Origin: Nanobdellota archaeon
GTDB taxonomy: Archaea > Nanobdellota > Nanobdellia > Pacearchaeales > UBA12030
Assembly (NCBI GenBank): GCA_013331945.1
Contig: DUFK01000014.1
Span: forward strand, 9,234 to 51,912
Direction: 5' to 3'
DNA: 42,679 nucleotides
Under the pieces are notes generated by a model. That model did no database searches. It worked only from the letters and a program-made list of their open reading frames with translations, and was not told where the DNA came from. A program made the position numbers and the translations under genes. Positions 21,943 through 31,036 of this stretch are shown here, in pieces (position 1 is the first letter of the stretch; each line of letters opens with the position of its first letter).

Positions 21943-24426
21943 TCACTCCTTATCGCTCAAGCCAGCCTCGCGCAGGAAGAATAAGCATTCCGCATCTGGC
22001 ATGTTCGGCGAGTCGATAAGTTTTGCGACCCTGCTGTCTTTCTTTCCTTTTCTGAAATATAATCTGTAAGTTGAATTATGTACAATAAATCCATTTGCAA
22101 TGTAATTCTCATTCTTAGGCACGCTTAGATCAAAGAGTGGCTCACTATTTGCTTTCTCCCTAATACTTCTTATCTTCTCGAATCTTAGATCTCCATTAAG
22201 AAGTGAAATTAAGAATTCCATCTTTCTTTTGATCTGCATATCTTTAATCTCAGTTCTCATTAAAGTATTTACAGCTGCGCGCAATTCTCTTACATTCACA
22301 TATTGGTAACTTTCCGGTCTATGCTTGATAATCTTTGAAGGAACCAGGCCAGCATCTTTGAGTAGATGCCATAACTCTTTTCTTTTTACAGGAGTCATCT
22401 CTTTGGTATAAGTATTACTGCAATAGTTTACCCATCCCTCAAGCAGCTTTTGCTTATCCGTTGCTGTAAAACCGATTCTTGTATAATCAAAAACATCTCT
22501 ATCTCTTATGTCTAGATGTGTATGTTTTTTCTTTCCGACATCAAGGCGGAGATGGCTTCTTACTCCAAGTCTAAGCAATAATAGCTGTATACGTTTCAAA
22601 ATTTCCTTATCTTTCTGTGCAAGCGTGATTCTCGGTCTTTTCTTGCTGATGTAGCCCTCTGCATCAGAAAAGCCCTTTATGAAGGCTGCGATATGCTCTT
22701 CTTTGCTTTTTCCTATATAATCGAATAAGTCAACGAAGAGTTTTTCAAAGAGCTCTTTTATTGCTACTGAGTTTATATTCAATGTATAGCAATTCTTGCC
22801 CCCCATCTTTGTTATGCCTCCTTCTACATTGAACATTTCCTTAAACAACTGCCTATAATTTTCCAAAACCTCAAGCCTTTCATCCCTAAATCTAAGCCCA
22901 GATTTCTCAAAATTACCATCCCCTAAGAAATAGCCTAGTATTTGCGCTATCTGTGGCACTAAAATTTCCGACATAATTATGTTTCTATGCTTGTGTGTCT
23001 CATGTAAGGCAACGTGTTGAACAAGATGCAATCCAAGATAATTCTGCAAGCTGTCTATTACCGGGCTATAAGTTGGATATTCTTGATTTAGAACTCTTCT
23101 AAATTGTCTTGGGGTTATTCCAATCTTCTTACAGACTTCTTTTCTTGTAACATTGTTTTCCCTTAGCTTCTCCTTAATGACTTTTTGGCCTTCTTTAGAA
23201 ATCTTCTTTACAGTCTTAACCGTGATTGCTGGCAGCTTCTGCTCCTCTCCCTCTATTTCTAACTTTCTGGCCATTAAAACAAAGTCTCCATTTTTTAGAT
23301 TTCTGGCTTCTTCTTCTTTAACTGAAAAGTCTTCAACCAAGAAGAATCTATGGAGTGGAGAGGCTTCTATTGTGCTTCCTGCTTTAATTTCATACACTTT
23401 GTTGATGGTAGGATTAACAAATCTTGCATCATTTTCTGCTGCTTCAAGCTTCATCCTGCTGAAATTGGCTGCCATTAAAGAATTATTCTTGTTTAAATCC
23501 ACTATTGCCCTGATTCTGCCATCTGAAAGTTGGATAAGGGTATCGGAAGTAAGACAGGCGTGCCCGATGATGTTCCCTCCAACGGCCGCTGTTGGATCTC
23601 CGAAAAGCATGTCTGGCCTTGACATTACTTGGTTTGTGATGTAAATCGCCAGGTTGTATGAATCTGCAAGCTTCTGCAGCTGATGTAGGTGCTGATTAAG
23701 CTTCTGCTGCCTATCTGCCAGCATTCCTCTGCCGACAAATTCACTTCTGAAAAGATTCATGATAGAATCCACGATGACGAGCTTGATAGGATTTCCGCCG
23801 TTTATCAAGTCTGAAACTTTTTCTGCAAGAAGCATTTGGTGGTCTGATGAGAATGCACGTGCGACGAGAATCTTTTTCAGGGCTTCTTCAGGATTCATCC
23901 CGTAACCTTTTGCGAGCTGTTTGATTCTCTCTGGCCTGAATGTCGCTTCTGTATCGATATAGACTGCCATCCCTTCTGCACCACTCTTCGTCTTAGGGAG
24001 TTGTACAGAGCACGCAAGTGAATGTGCAACCTGTGTCTTTCCGCTTCCGAAAGCGCCGAAAGCCTCTGTTATGGATTTGGTCTCAACTCCTCCCCCGAGC
24101 AGGCCATCAAGATTCTTGCTCCCTGTTGTTATTCTAAGAACTTCCTTTCTTTTTTCTAAGAACTGGTTGGCATCAGTAAATCCTAAATCAAGCCCCTTCC
24201 TTGCAGCAAGTATCGCTTTCCTTGCAGTGCTCTCTGTGAGCTCGGCCATCTGTGAAAGTGCGCGCGGAGAAAGAACAGCAATGCTCATAAGGTCTACGTA
24301 ACCTGCAGAAATCAATCTCTTTGCTGTAGCCTCGCCAATCCCGGGCAAGTCTGTAAGCTCAAGCTCTGGCTCTTTCTGCTCAGCTTGCTCAACTTGTAGT
24401 GGCTTTTCCTCAATTTTATCTGGCAT
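21943..24426 (-). CDS. radA: DNA repair and recombination protein RadA, interrupted by an intein
   Basis: HhH N-domain (LTDLPGIGEATAKRLISAGY), Walker A (GAFGSGKTQ), Walker B (LVIVDS), then ...AVGGNIIGHA / intein / STYRLYFRKGKK... The track start is a TTG (24471); the ATG at 24424-24426 (MPDKIEEK) is preferred. Confidence 0.92.
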   Translation of the reverse strand: MPDKIEEKPLQVEQAEQKEPELELTDLPGIGEATAKRLISAGYVDLMSIAVLSPRALSQMAELTESTARKAILAARKGLDLGFTDANQFLEKRKEVLRITTGSKNLDGLLGGGVETKSITEAFGAFGSGKTQVAHSLACSVQLPKTKSGAEGMAVYIDTEATFRPERIKQLAKGYGMNPEEALKKILVARAFSSDHQMLLAEKVSDLINGGNPIKLVIVDSIMNLFRSEFVGRGMLADRQQKLNQHLHQLQKLADSYNLAIYITNQVMSRPDMLFGDPTAAVGGNIIGHACLTSDTLIQLSDGRIRAIVDLNKNNSLMAANFSRMKLEAAENDARFVNPTINKVYEIKAGSTIEASPLHRFFLVEDFSVKEEEARNLKNGDFVLMARKLEIEGEEQKLPAITVKTVKKISKEGQKVIKEKLRENNVTRKEVCKKIGITPRQFRRVLNQEYPTYSPVIDSLQNYLGLHLVQHVALHETHKHRNIIMSEILVPQIAQILGYFLGDGNFEKSGLRFRDERLEVLENYRQLFKEMFNVEGGITKMGGKNCYTLNINSVAIKELFEKLFVDLFDYIGKSKEEHIAAFIKGFSDAEGYISKKRPRITLAQKDKEILKRIQLLLLRLGVRSHLRLDVGKKKHTHLDIRDRDVFDYTRIGFTATDKQKLLEGWVNYCSNTYTKEMTPVKRKELWHLLKDAGLVPSKIIKHRPESYQYVNVRELRAAVNTLMRTEIKDMQIKRKMEFLISLLNGDLRFEKIRSIREKANSEPLFDLSVPKNENYIANGFIVHNSTYRLYFRKGKKDSRVAKLIDSPNMPDAECLFFLREAGLSDKE
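22075..23556 (-). mobile_element. RadA intein (494 aa) with LAGLIDADG homing-endonuclease domain
   Basis: Starts with Cys (CLTSDTLIQLSDGRI) and has a block B-like SPLH. Two dodecapeptide motifs (LGYFLGDGNF, IKGFSDAEGY). Ends ...NGFIVHN followed by the +1 Ser. Boundary codons were verified on the sequence (tgt at 23554-23556, aat at 22075-22077). Confidence 0.88.
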
Positions 24427-24522
24427 TTTCCCCTTCCCTATTTTCCCCTTGCTGGATGAGAAAGGCGGCAAAAACTTATAAATTTATGCGTGATTTTTGG
24501 CTATTTGTTGCGTGGTTGGAGG

Positions 24523-24534
24523 AAGGTATAAAAA
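24523..24534 (+). promoter_or_regulatory. BRE/TATA element aaggtataaaaa
   Basis: Ends 22 nt upstream of the ATG at 24556. Confidence 0.55.
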
Positions 24535-24555
24535 CCATCCCCAACAACAGATTTT

Positions 24556-25056
24556 ATGGGATTATTTAAGAGGAACCCCAATAAAGAAGAGGGAAGAAGA
24601 GGGAGGGGTCTCGAAGATACGATCGTGCTCGTAGTAGGAATTGTAGCTTCAATAGCCATGGCGATTACAATTATTTCTAGCCAGTATAATCTTAGAAAGA
24701 AATTTGAAAAATCCGATGTTGATTATTCACTGAGCGGGTATACTGAGAAAGGGGGAAAAGTTACAGGAGCCTTCAACAAAGCATTTGATCAAGGCAGAAT
24801 TACAGTGCAAGACTTGTACTTCGTACATGGTAAAATCAATGATGCTGGTGGTTGGCTGACACGAGCAAGGCAATTTTTCAATCGGCAGAAGCTGGACAAG
24901 GCATTTGATTGTGTGATAAATGCAAATAGTGAGATAGATAAAGGGAACCAGAGATTTAAGGGAAGACCAGAGCTTCAGAAATATTTTGAACCTGCAAGAG
25001 CTGCTGTTCTTAAGGTAAGGAAAGAACTAAATGAATACAGGAAATTAGTTAAGTGA
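24556..25056 (+). CDS. hypothetical protein, N-terminus MGLFKRNPNKEEGRRGRG followed by one TM helix (possible class III signal)
   Basis: 166 aa. ...GRRGRG/LEDTIVLVVGIVASIAMAITIISS, then a helical soluble domain. Confidence 0.6.
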   Translation: MGLFKRNPNKEEGRRGRGLEDTIVLVVGIVASIAMAITIISSQYNLRKKFEKSDVDYSLSGYTEKGGKVTGAFNKAFDQGRITVQDLYFVHGKINDAGGWLTRARQFFNRQKLDKAFDCVINANSEIDKGNQRFKGRPELQKYFEPARAAVLKVRKELNEYRKLVK

Positions 25057-25071
25057 TTTCTCTCACTCTTC

Positions 25072-26064
25072 TTACTCCAATCCAGTAGCCTTGCTCAATT
25101 CATCTATCAGGGCAACAATATCTACCGCATTTGCTGAATTGATGACAAATTCTATTCTGTCCATCATCGCGTTCTTCCTCACGCGGCCATCGAACATGAA
25201 TTCCTCTCCGAGTAGCTTTTCGCGGAGCTCTTCCTCCTGCACTGCATTACTCCTTAAGTCAGATACTTCATCCTCACGCAGATTATAGAGCTTCCTCACT
25301 GCATCAAGAAAACCTATCGCTCTCACGCTTGCGGTGCCATCATCGATGTACAGGTTGATGATTGGAAGGAATTTTTCCTTGACTTCTTTATGCACGAGAC
25401 AGTAATATTTCCCATCTGACTCTGTAACTCTCTTTTTGCATTCAGGGCAGGAGGGAAAAAACTTTAGGGGAAACGCCTGCACTATCGTTGCCCGCAGGCT
25501 AGTTCTTTCGCCATCCCTAAATTCAGAAATCTTGGAAGAGGAAGCACTGCTGGGAGAAGTTCTAACATTTTCTATCACCTCATCACTATGTTCTATCGAA
25601 CTTTTTCCGCCGAGGTGCAACTCTTTCATATCAGTGCCACGCACATCAGCCTTCTTAAGGAAAATAACGTTGCCTTCTTCAAGCCTCTTCTCCTCCAGGA
25701 GGGCGGTATGCATCGTGTCCCATAGGACAACGCGCACAGAGCCAGTATCATCGGCGAGAATAAAACTTCCAATCTTACCTTCCTTGCCATCTTTTTGCTT
25801 ATAGGTTTTCACAGGATAAATCCTTGTAATCTTCCCGAGGATATCTACATTGCGCATGCCTACCATGAGTCCAGAGACCTTGACGCGTTGCGCATCGAAC
25901 TTGATTCCAAGCTCGCTTGCAACGATGAGAGAAGCTCCTTCCAAGGAAACCAGACCTCCGAGAGAGATTTGCTTCTGTTTGATGCGTTTCTCCAATTCCT
26001 CCTCAGAAAGCCCGCTCTCTTTCGCAACCCGTATTACAAACTCCTTATATCTTGCCTGCATCAT
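25072..26064 (-). CDS. replication protein A (ssDNA-binding, OB folds plus zinc ribbon)
   Basis: 330 aa. OB fold (VDILGKITRIYPVKTY....G..GKIGSFILADDTGSVRVVLWD), then CPECKKRV....GKYYCLVH. Confidence 0.8.
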   Translation of the reverse strand: MMQARYKEFVIRVAKESGLSEEELEKRIKQKQISLGGLVSLEGASLIVASELGIKFDAQRVKVSGLMVGMRNVDILGKITRIYPVKTYKQKDGKEGKIGSFILADDTGSVRVVLWDTMHTALLEEKRLEEGNVIFLKKADVRGTDMKELHLGGKSSIEHSDEVIENVRTSPSSASSSKISEFRDGERTSLRATIVQAFPLKFFPSCPECKKRVTESDGKYYCLVHKEVKEKFLPIINLYIDDGTASVRAIGFLDAVRKLYNLREDEVSDLRSNAVQEEELREKLLGEEFMFDGRVRKNAMMDRIEFVINSANAVDIVALIDELSKATGLE

Positions 26065-26137
26065 ACAAGAGAAAAAGCAGGGAAAATATATAAGGCTTTT
26101 TGAAAGATTTACCCCCCGCCCCAGATTACACTATAAG

Positions 26138-26971
26138 TCAGCTATCACGTATAGAGAAGGCAAAATTGAACTTTAGCTCTCCGAATTTATCCACTCCATC
26201 TGTAAAGAACACTTTTCTCTTAGAACTTGCCTCGAAGATAATGAAGTCTCCGTCTTTATTCACGACTACATTAAAACTCTTGAACTTTTCAGAGTCTAAA
26301 GAAGAGATGACGCAGGCGTACACATCCCTCTCTTTTTTACATTGCCCCATAGACTTCTTGCCTTCGCCATAAAGAGAGTAAAATTCAGAGAGGGAGAAAG
26401 GCAACTCCACACTGATTGGAGAATTGCTACTATACTGAAATTTTGGTAAGGAGTATTCCAAGCTTTTTTTAGGGGTTACTGTTAGAACCTCTTCGGAAAG
26501 TTTTATATCGAAGCCACTTTCAGCCTTGCCTGTGACGACTTTTGAGAGAGAAGTTGGGGGGATATAGAGTAAATCATTACTGCTCCAGGTTGTTTCATAC
26601 TTACCTACAGAATCTTTGAGGTACATCTCAAATCTGGATAGGAACTCCGCCTCAAACTCATTTTTTGGAGCAAGGGTACATTTAGAGTCGAACACTCTCC
26701 CATAGATGCCTGAAACAGAACATCTGCCCTCGGTCGGCGGATTTTCCGCGAGTTTGAAAATGGATTGGTCTGAAGCCAAACGTGTTGACTCTTCCAAATA
26801 AAATTGTGCCTCTCGGGCCTCTGATTGGATAGCCAGAAGCGTAAGTGGGCTCAAAACCTCATCGGCAATCTCTCCACGGAAGACAACACCTGCATAGATG
26901 GCGTAGACCGTTACAGCGATGGCTATGATTAGGATTCCGAATGCGAAAGTCGTTCCTTTTTTATTTTCCAT
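26138..26971 (-). CDS. class III signal peptide (pilin-like) protein
   Basis: 277 aa. MENKKG/TTFAFGILIIAIAVTVYAIYAGVVF. Last gene of the minus-strand operon. Confidence 0.7.
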   Translation of the reverse strand: MENKKGTTFAFGILIIAIAVTVYAIYAGVVFRGEIADEVLSPLTLLAIQSEAREAQFYLEESTRLASDQSIFKLAENPPTEGRCSVSGIYGRVFDSKCTLAPKNEFEAEFLSRFEMYLKDSVGKYETTWSSNDLLYIPPTSLSKVVTGKAESGFDIKLSEEVLTVTPKKSLEYSLPKFQYSSNSPISVELPFSLSEFYSLYGEGKKSMGQCKKERDVYACVISSLDSEKFKSFNVVVNKDGDFIIFEASSKRKVFFTDGVDKFGELKFNFAFSIRDS

Positions 26972-26993
26972 TCTCCTGTTCGTAGCTCCCAGA

Positions 26994-28472
26994 CTAGCCC
27001 GCGATCAAGACAATTGCAGATTTTTCTGGAGCTATATCATCTGTTGAGCATTTAAGGTAATTGATAGATGAAAGGATCTTCTTTTCGTTCGGGTCAAAGA
27101 AAGTATTCTCACGATTTATGTTGGCGCTCATTATCGATCTTCCAGTCTTGCCTTTATCCTCCACCTTGTTCCCTAAGCAGCAGACACCGTCTCCGATTAG
27201 GTCTGGGGATATTCCAGCAGAGATTCCACAGCAAACGTTTGGATCATTTGGATTGGTTGATGCAGGATTACATCCAAGCTCTTTTTTCAGCATATTCACG
27301 CTGGGATCACATCCGTCACTCTCGAATAATAGGGAGTTACATCCCGGAGAAAGATAGCTGCAATATTGGTCGCCGAAACCAAAGGAGCTGTGAGAGAATT
27401 CATGGAGCAATGTATCTAGACTAGTTGGGGATTCTGAATCTCCCTGAAAGATGGGGAAGATGAGATTAAATTTATCCGGCTCATACCCTAGTGCATCCAG
27501 TTTCTTACGGACAAATCCAGCCCATTCCAGCTCCCCAAGATTGTATTCCTCGAATGCAAAGAGAGAACTGCTAGGATCATCATTTCCTTGAAAAGCTGTG
27601 CTGAAATCGTTTTTAGTGAAGACATTTACATTACCGATCTTGGAATAGACTTTGCTTCTGCAATCCTTTAAAGGGAGATTATCGATAAAGAAGTCAACTA
27701 TCTTCTTCCCCTCTTTATTTGCAGCGTCTTGAGATTCCCATTCGCCAGCAGGCACTAATAAAAGTTCTATCTTGTACTTTTTCTCGGCGGGAGAAAGAGT
27801 GGAGCCTTCCCTGCCTTGCAAAGGTTCCGATGCCCCACTCAAGGTCTGCGAATTGGAGCCAGTATCGGAGAAGCTTTTTACATTGCACATAGTATTGCAT
27901 TCTTCAAAACTTTTTTCTTCCAGGCAGGAATTGTATGATTCCTTGAAGCTAAATTTAAATTTTGGATGTTGTATTACGGAGACTCGGGGCGTGAGGGGCG
28001 GTGATCCAGTTGGTGTCAAAATAGATTGCCGAGAGGGATTGCCGCTTTGTGGCTGCTCAACCCAGTTGTAGTTTATTTCACTCCCATCTGGAAATTCTAC
28101 CTTGAATGCATAGCATTCTCCATAAGTCCTCTCGAGTGCTTCATTTACTCTATCTTTAATGAGCTCTTCAGGCACATCAGCCTCGACTTTTGCTTTATAA
28201 ATCGAAAAAAACTCAGCGAAAGTCATCACTGTTTTTGGCGAATGATCCACTTCTAATTTAAGGGAGGTTTTCAATAACGATTCTGCTGGAGAGCTGTCTT
28301 CAAAGCTGAGGGCACTTTTAGTCTCGAATTCTTTCTTCAGGAAGAATGGAAAGAAGATATGCGTGACTACCAGAAATGCAAATATAATTCCTGCCAAAAA
28401 GAAGATGGCTAGCATCGTTGCGAATGCCGAGCCCATTATCCCTCGTTTTTCCGATTTCATATTTGATTTCAT
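26994..28472 (-). CDS. pilin-like N-terminus fused to a putative zinc metallopeptidase domain
   Basis: 492 aa. MKSNMKSEKRG/IMGSAFATMLAIFFLAGIIFAFLVV. The LLHEFSHSSFGFGDQYC motif (HExxH at 27390-27404) resembles HEFGHSFGGLADEY-type zincins. The C-terminus is Cys-rich (CCGISAG...GVCCLGN). Confidence 0.65.
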   Translation of the reverse strand: MKSNMKSEKRGIMGSAFATMLAIFFLAGIIFAFLVVTHIFFPFFLKKEFETKSALSFEDSSPAESLLKTSLKLEVDHSPKTVMTFAEFFSIYKAKVEADVPEELIKDRVNEALERTYGECYAFKVEFPDGSEINYNWVEQPQSGNPSRQSILTPTGSPPLTPRVSVIQHPKFKFSFKESYNSCLEEKSFEECNTMCNVKSFSDTGSNSQTLSGASEPLQGREGSTLSPAEKKYKIELLLVPAGEWESQDAANKEGKKIVDFFIDNLPLKDCRSKVYSKIGNVNVFTKNDFSTAFQGNDDPSSSLFAFEEYNLGELEWAGFVRKKLDALGYEPDKFNLIFPIFQGDSESPTSLDTLLHEFSHSSFGFGDQYCSYLSPGCNSLLFESDGCDPSVNMLKKELGCNPASTNPNDPNVCCGISAGISPDLIGDGVCCLGNKVEDKGKTGRSIMSANINRENTFFDPNEKKILSSINYLKCSTDDIAPEKSAIVLIAG

Positions 28473-28942
28473 CTTTTTTTGACTAATATTTCGATATCTA
28501 AAGTTCCTGGATGTACTGTGCCTTCGAGATTAACTGCCACATATTTCCTAGACTTACTGCAGTAAGGAGCATTTTTCTCCTCATTGAACACACAAAGTGG
28601 CTCCAAGTAATCAAATTCATCTGTCTTAGCCACAATACTTGCATCCAGGACAGTTAAATTAAGTTTAGCTCCGACTGCATCTGATGAGAGGCATTTTTCA
28701 AGTTCTTTCGAGTCGATTTTGGCGAAATCTATAACTCCAACATCCTCGTAAAAACAGGTTCCTGCTCTTTGGGAGAAAATGGCTGCTTCTATGGGAGTTA
28801 CGTCTATAGCAGAAACTAGGATAGCGATAAAAAAGGAGACTGCAAGAGCTAAGGGCAAAAGAAGAAAAAGTAGCCTGGGAATCCATAGCATACCTTCTGC
28901 TACATCCCCTTTTTTATCATTAAGCAGGTTTTTGTTTAACAT
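28469..28942 (-). CDS. possible pilin-like protein
   Basis: 157 aa. MLNKNLLNDKKG/DVAEGMLWIPRLLFLLLPLALAVSFFIAILV. Overlaps both neighbours (4 nt and 23 nt). Confidence 0.55.
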   Translation of the reverse strand: MLNKNLLNDKKGDVAEGMLWIPRLLFLLLPLALAVSFFIAILVSAIDVTPIEAAIFSQRAGTCFYEDVGVIDFAKIDSKELEKCLSSDAVGAKLNLTVLDASIVAKTDEFDYLEPLCVFNEEKNAPYCSKSRKYVAVNLEGTVHPGTLDIEILVKKR

Positions 28943-29327
28943 TTATTTCCAGTGTATTTTCAGTAGATTTTTTGGTGATCTCTTTATTCTCGTTCAGGAC
29001 TATTTTGTAAGATGTGGCTGATAAGAGTTTTGATTTTTTGATCTCCAGCTTTTTCTCTTTTTCATTTACCACTATATCGAAATTTTCTCCTTCGACTAGG
29101 GCCTTGTTCAGATTAAATGCGACGGCAGCGTCTGGATCGGAATTAAAGGCTGCGTCCAGCCATAATGCCTGCGATTTTGAGGCGAGGTTTAGTTGGAGTT
29201 TTTCTCCGTGGAGAGAGGAGTAGATAAAATATAAAAGGGAAGCACCGATGATCGCAACTATAATCAGCTTGATTATCTCATTATACAGCAATCCCATAAC
29301 TCCTCTTTTATCTTTCATCAGTCCCAT
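28920..29327 (-). CDS. class III signal peptide (pilin-like) protein
   Basis: Trimmed to the ATG at 29325-29327, 1 nt after the upstream stop: MGLMKDKRG/VMGLLYNEIIKLIIVAIIGASLLYFIY. Confidence 0.65.
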   Translation of the reverse strand: MGLMKDKRGVMGLLYNEIIKLIIVAIIGASLLYFIYSSLHGEKLQLNLASKSQALWLDAAFNSDPDAAVAFNLNKALVEGENFDIVVNEKEKKLEIKKSKLLSATSYKIVLNENKEITKKSTENTLEINVKQKPA

Positions 29328-29328
29328 T

Positions 29329-30417
29329 TTATGCTGCCCCCCCAGTTTCACCGGTTTCTTCATCTGCATAGTATTTCTTCCACTGCTGGTAGAAGCTCAA
29401 AATTCTTGATTGATAATCGCAGGTTGTTCCCGATTTCCCAGTATTATAGACGCAGAAGATGCACTTCCATTTTCCTTCCTCATCTCTGAAATTTCCAACG
29501 CAGGAGGCATAAGACCCTTCAGCCCTTCCTGAAGCCTGCTCATATGCGCTTCTGAGCGTTTTTGCGGTGCACTTCAACTGCCCTTCATCACTGAATACAT
29601 TGTCTCCAGAACACTTGCATCCTCGCTTGCAAGAAGTGGGCCATCCGCATCCGGTGAGAGCACTTTTTCCGACAGAAGTGCATTTATTGTTTGTTCCCAT
29701 CCCGCTCTCGAGTGATGCGAATGATGCGATAAGTGCAGGATCAATTCCTTTCTGAGAGGCATAATCTTCAGCGAGCTCTTTCCTCGTCTTATCAGATTTG
29801 AATGCCTTGCTTTCGTACGCCTTGACAAAGTTGGAGCTTGGAAGTTCTGTGCCTGCAGATACTCCCGGGCCAACTACAGGTGAAGTTCCTCCAAGACCTG
29901 CATCTCCATCTACATCATCAATATCCGTTCCAGCCTTTCCTGCTTTTTTATCTCCGCTTATCAGAACATAACTCGCATCCTGTGACAAGTAGACATCATA
30001 AGGCCCCTCACCGAACTCAACCTTGTTCTTGTTCCCTTCTGAATCCTGTATTTTTACATCCTTGAATACTATTTTGCAATATCCCTCTTGCTCGCAATCA
30101 GTGCTTCCGAACCATCCATTCTTGCAAAGGCATAGGCAAGAAGCTCCGGAGCAGGAATCAGGGCTTGCTCCCTTATCAGCTCCTTTATCAAAGCCTTTTA
30201 TTGTCCACCCGCTTCCGACGTAAAGGACAAAAAAGCTTGGCTGCTCCCCTGTTTTGAGTTTCTGTATCTCTGTGATGAGTGTGTTGAAGTATTCCTTCGT
30301 AACTCTTCCCTCTGTTTTAGATAGGTAGCTGGCAGTAGCGAGAATTATGAGTGCAATGAGCATCAGCAGCAGAATTATTTCAATAAAATTCTTCCTCAGC
30401 ACACCCTTTTTTTCCAT
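29329..30417 (-). CDS. pilin-like N-terminus fused to a lytic-transglycosylase (SLT)-like, Cys-rich domain
   Basis: 362 aa. MEKKG/VLRKNFIEIILLLMLIALIILATASY. The C-terminal part, GIDPALIASFASLESGMGTNN...GKSALTGCGW, resembles the SLT catalytic E-S motif region (Glu codon at 29707-29709). Confidence 0.6.
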   Translation of the reverse strand: MEKKGVLRKNFIEIILLLMLIALIILATASYLSKTEGRVTKEYFNTLITEIQKLKTGEQPSFFVLYVGSGWTIKGFDKGADKGASPDSCSGASCLCLCKNGWFGSTDCEQEGYCKIVFKDVKIQDSEGNKNKVEFGEGPYDVYLSQDASYVLISGDKKAGKAGTDIDDVDGDAGLGGTSPVVGPGVSAGTELPSSNFVKAYESKAFKSDKTRKELAEDYASQKGIDPALIASFASLESGMGTNNKCTSVGKSALTGCGWPTSCKRGCKCSGDNVFSDEGQLKCTAKTLRSAYEQASGRAEGSYASCVGNFRDEEGKWKCIFCVYNTGKSGTTCDYQSRILSFYQQWKKYYADEETGETGGAA

Positions 30418-30479
30418 TAAAGATAGAAGGAGAATTATTTTTTAAAGGTTGTTAAGAGGGGAAAAGAAAAAGGAAGAGA

Positions 30480-30674
30480 TTAAGGCAGGTTCTTCAGGCC
30501 CTCTCCGGCCCCAGATTTCGCAAGCCCGAGCATCTCGCCGATCTTTCCGAAGATCTCCCGGAAAGTTCCTGTAGTGAAGAGGAGAACGATAACAAGGATA
30601 ATCAGAATGATGATTATAGTGACAATCGTATTGGTTGGGAGGGATGTGCCTCTTTTGGCTTGTTTAGAAGGCAT
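30480..30674 (-). CDS. mini pilin-like protein (64 aa)
   Basis: MPSKQAKRG/TSLPTNTIVTIIIILIILVIVLLF. The ATG lies 1 nt after the upstream stop. Confidence 0.65.
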   Translation of the reverse strand: MPSKQAKRGTSLPTNTIVTIIIILIILVIVLLFTTGTFREIFGKIGEMLGLAKSGAGEGLKNLP

Positions 30675-30675
30675 T

Positions 30676-31023
30676 TTATTCTGGAATTATTTTTGGAGTT
30701 TCTCCAGTGCATTCTATGAATTGGCATTTCACCCCAAGGCCAGGGCAGTTAAATCCGCCTTCCTTACCCGTTATCTTTATCTCTTTGCAGAATGCGATTC
30801 CAGATCTGGTCTGACATAAGCTCTCACACTGGGCTTTCACTACATCCTCGCTCGCAGTGCCAGGCCTGTAGAATATCTCCTTGATCTTCCCTACAAGCTG
30901 TGCCATTCCGCCTGCAAAAAATGCGGCTGAAATGACAAGAACTAGCAAGGCGATGATTACGATGATTATGGTATTTGTAGAAATCTCTACTCCTCTTTTA
31001 TCGTTTAGCGGTCTTAGCTTCAT
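30676..31023 (-). CDS. class III signal peptide (pilin-like) protein with Cys-rich head
   Basis: 115 aa. MKLRPLNDKRG/VEISTNTIIIVIIALLVLVISAAFF. Has 6 Cys in the C-terminal 60 aa. Confidence 0.7.
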   Translation of the reverse strand: MKLRPLNDKRGVEISTNTIIIVIIALLVLVISAAFFAGGMAQLVGKIKEIFYRPGTASEDVVKAQCESLCQTRSGIAFCKEIKITGKEGGFNCPGLGVKCQFIECTGETPKIIPE

Positions 31024-31036
31024 CTTCCTCTTTTCT

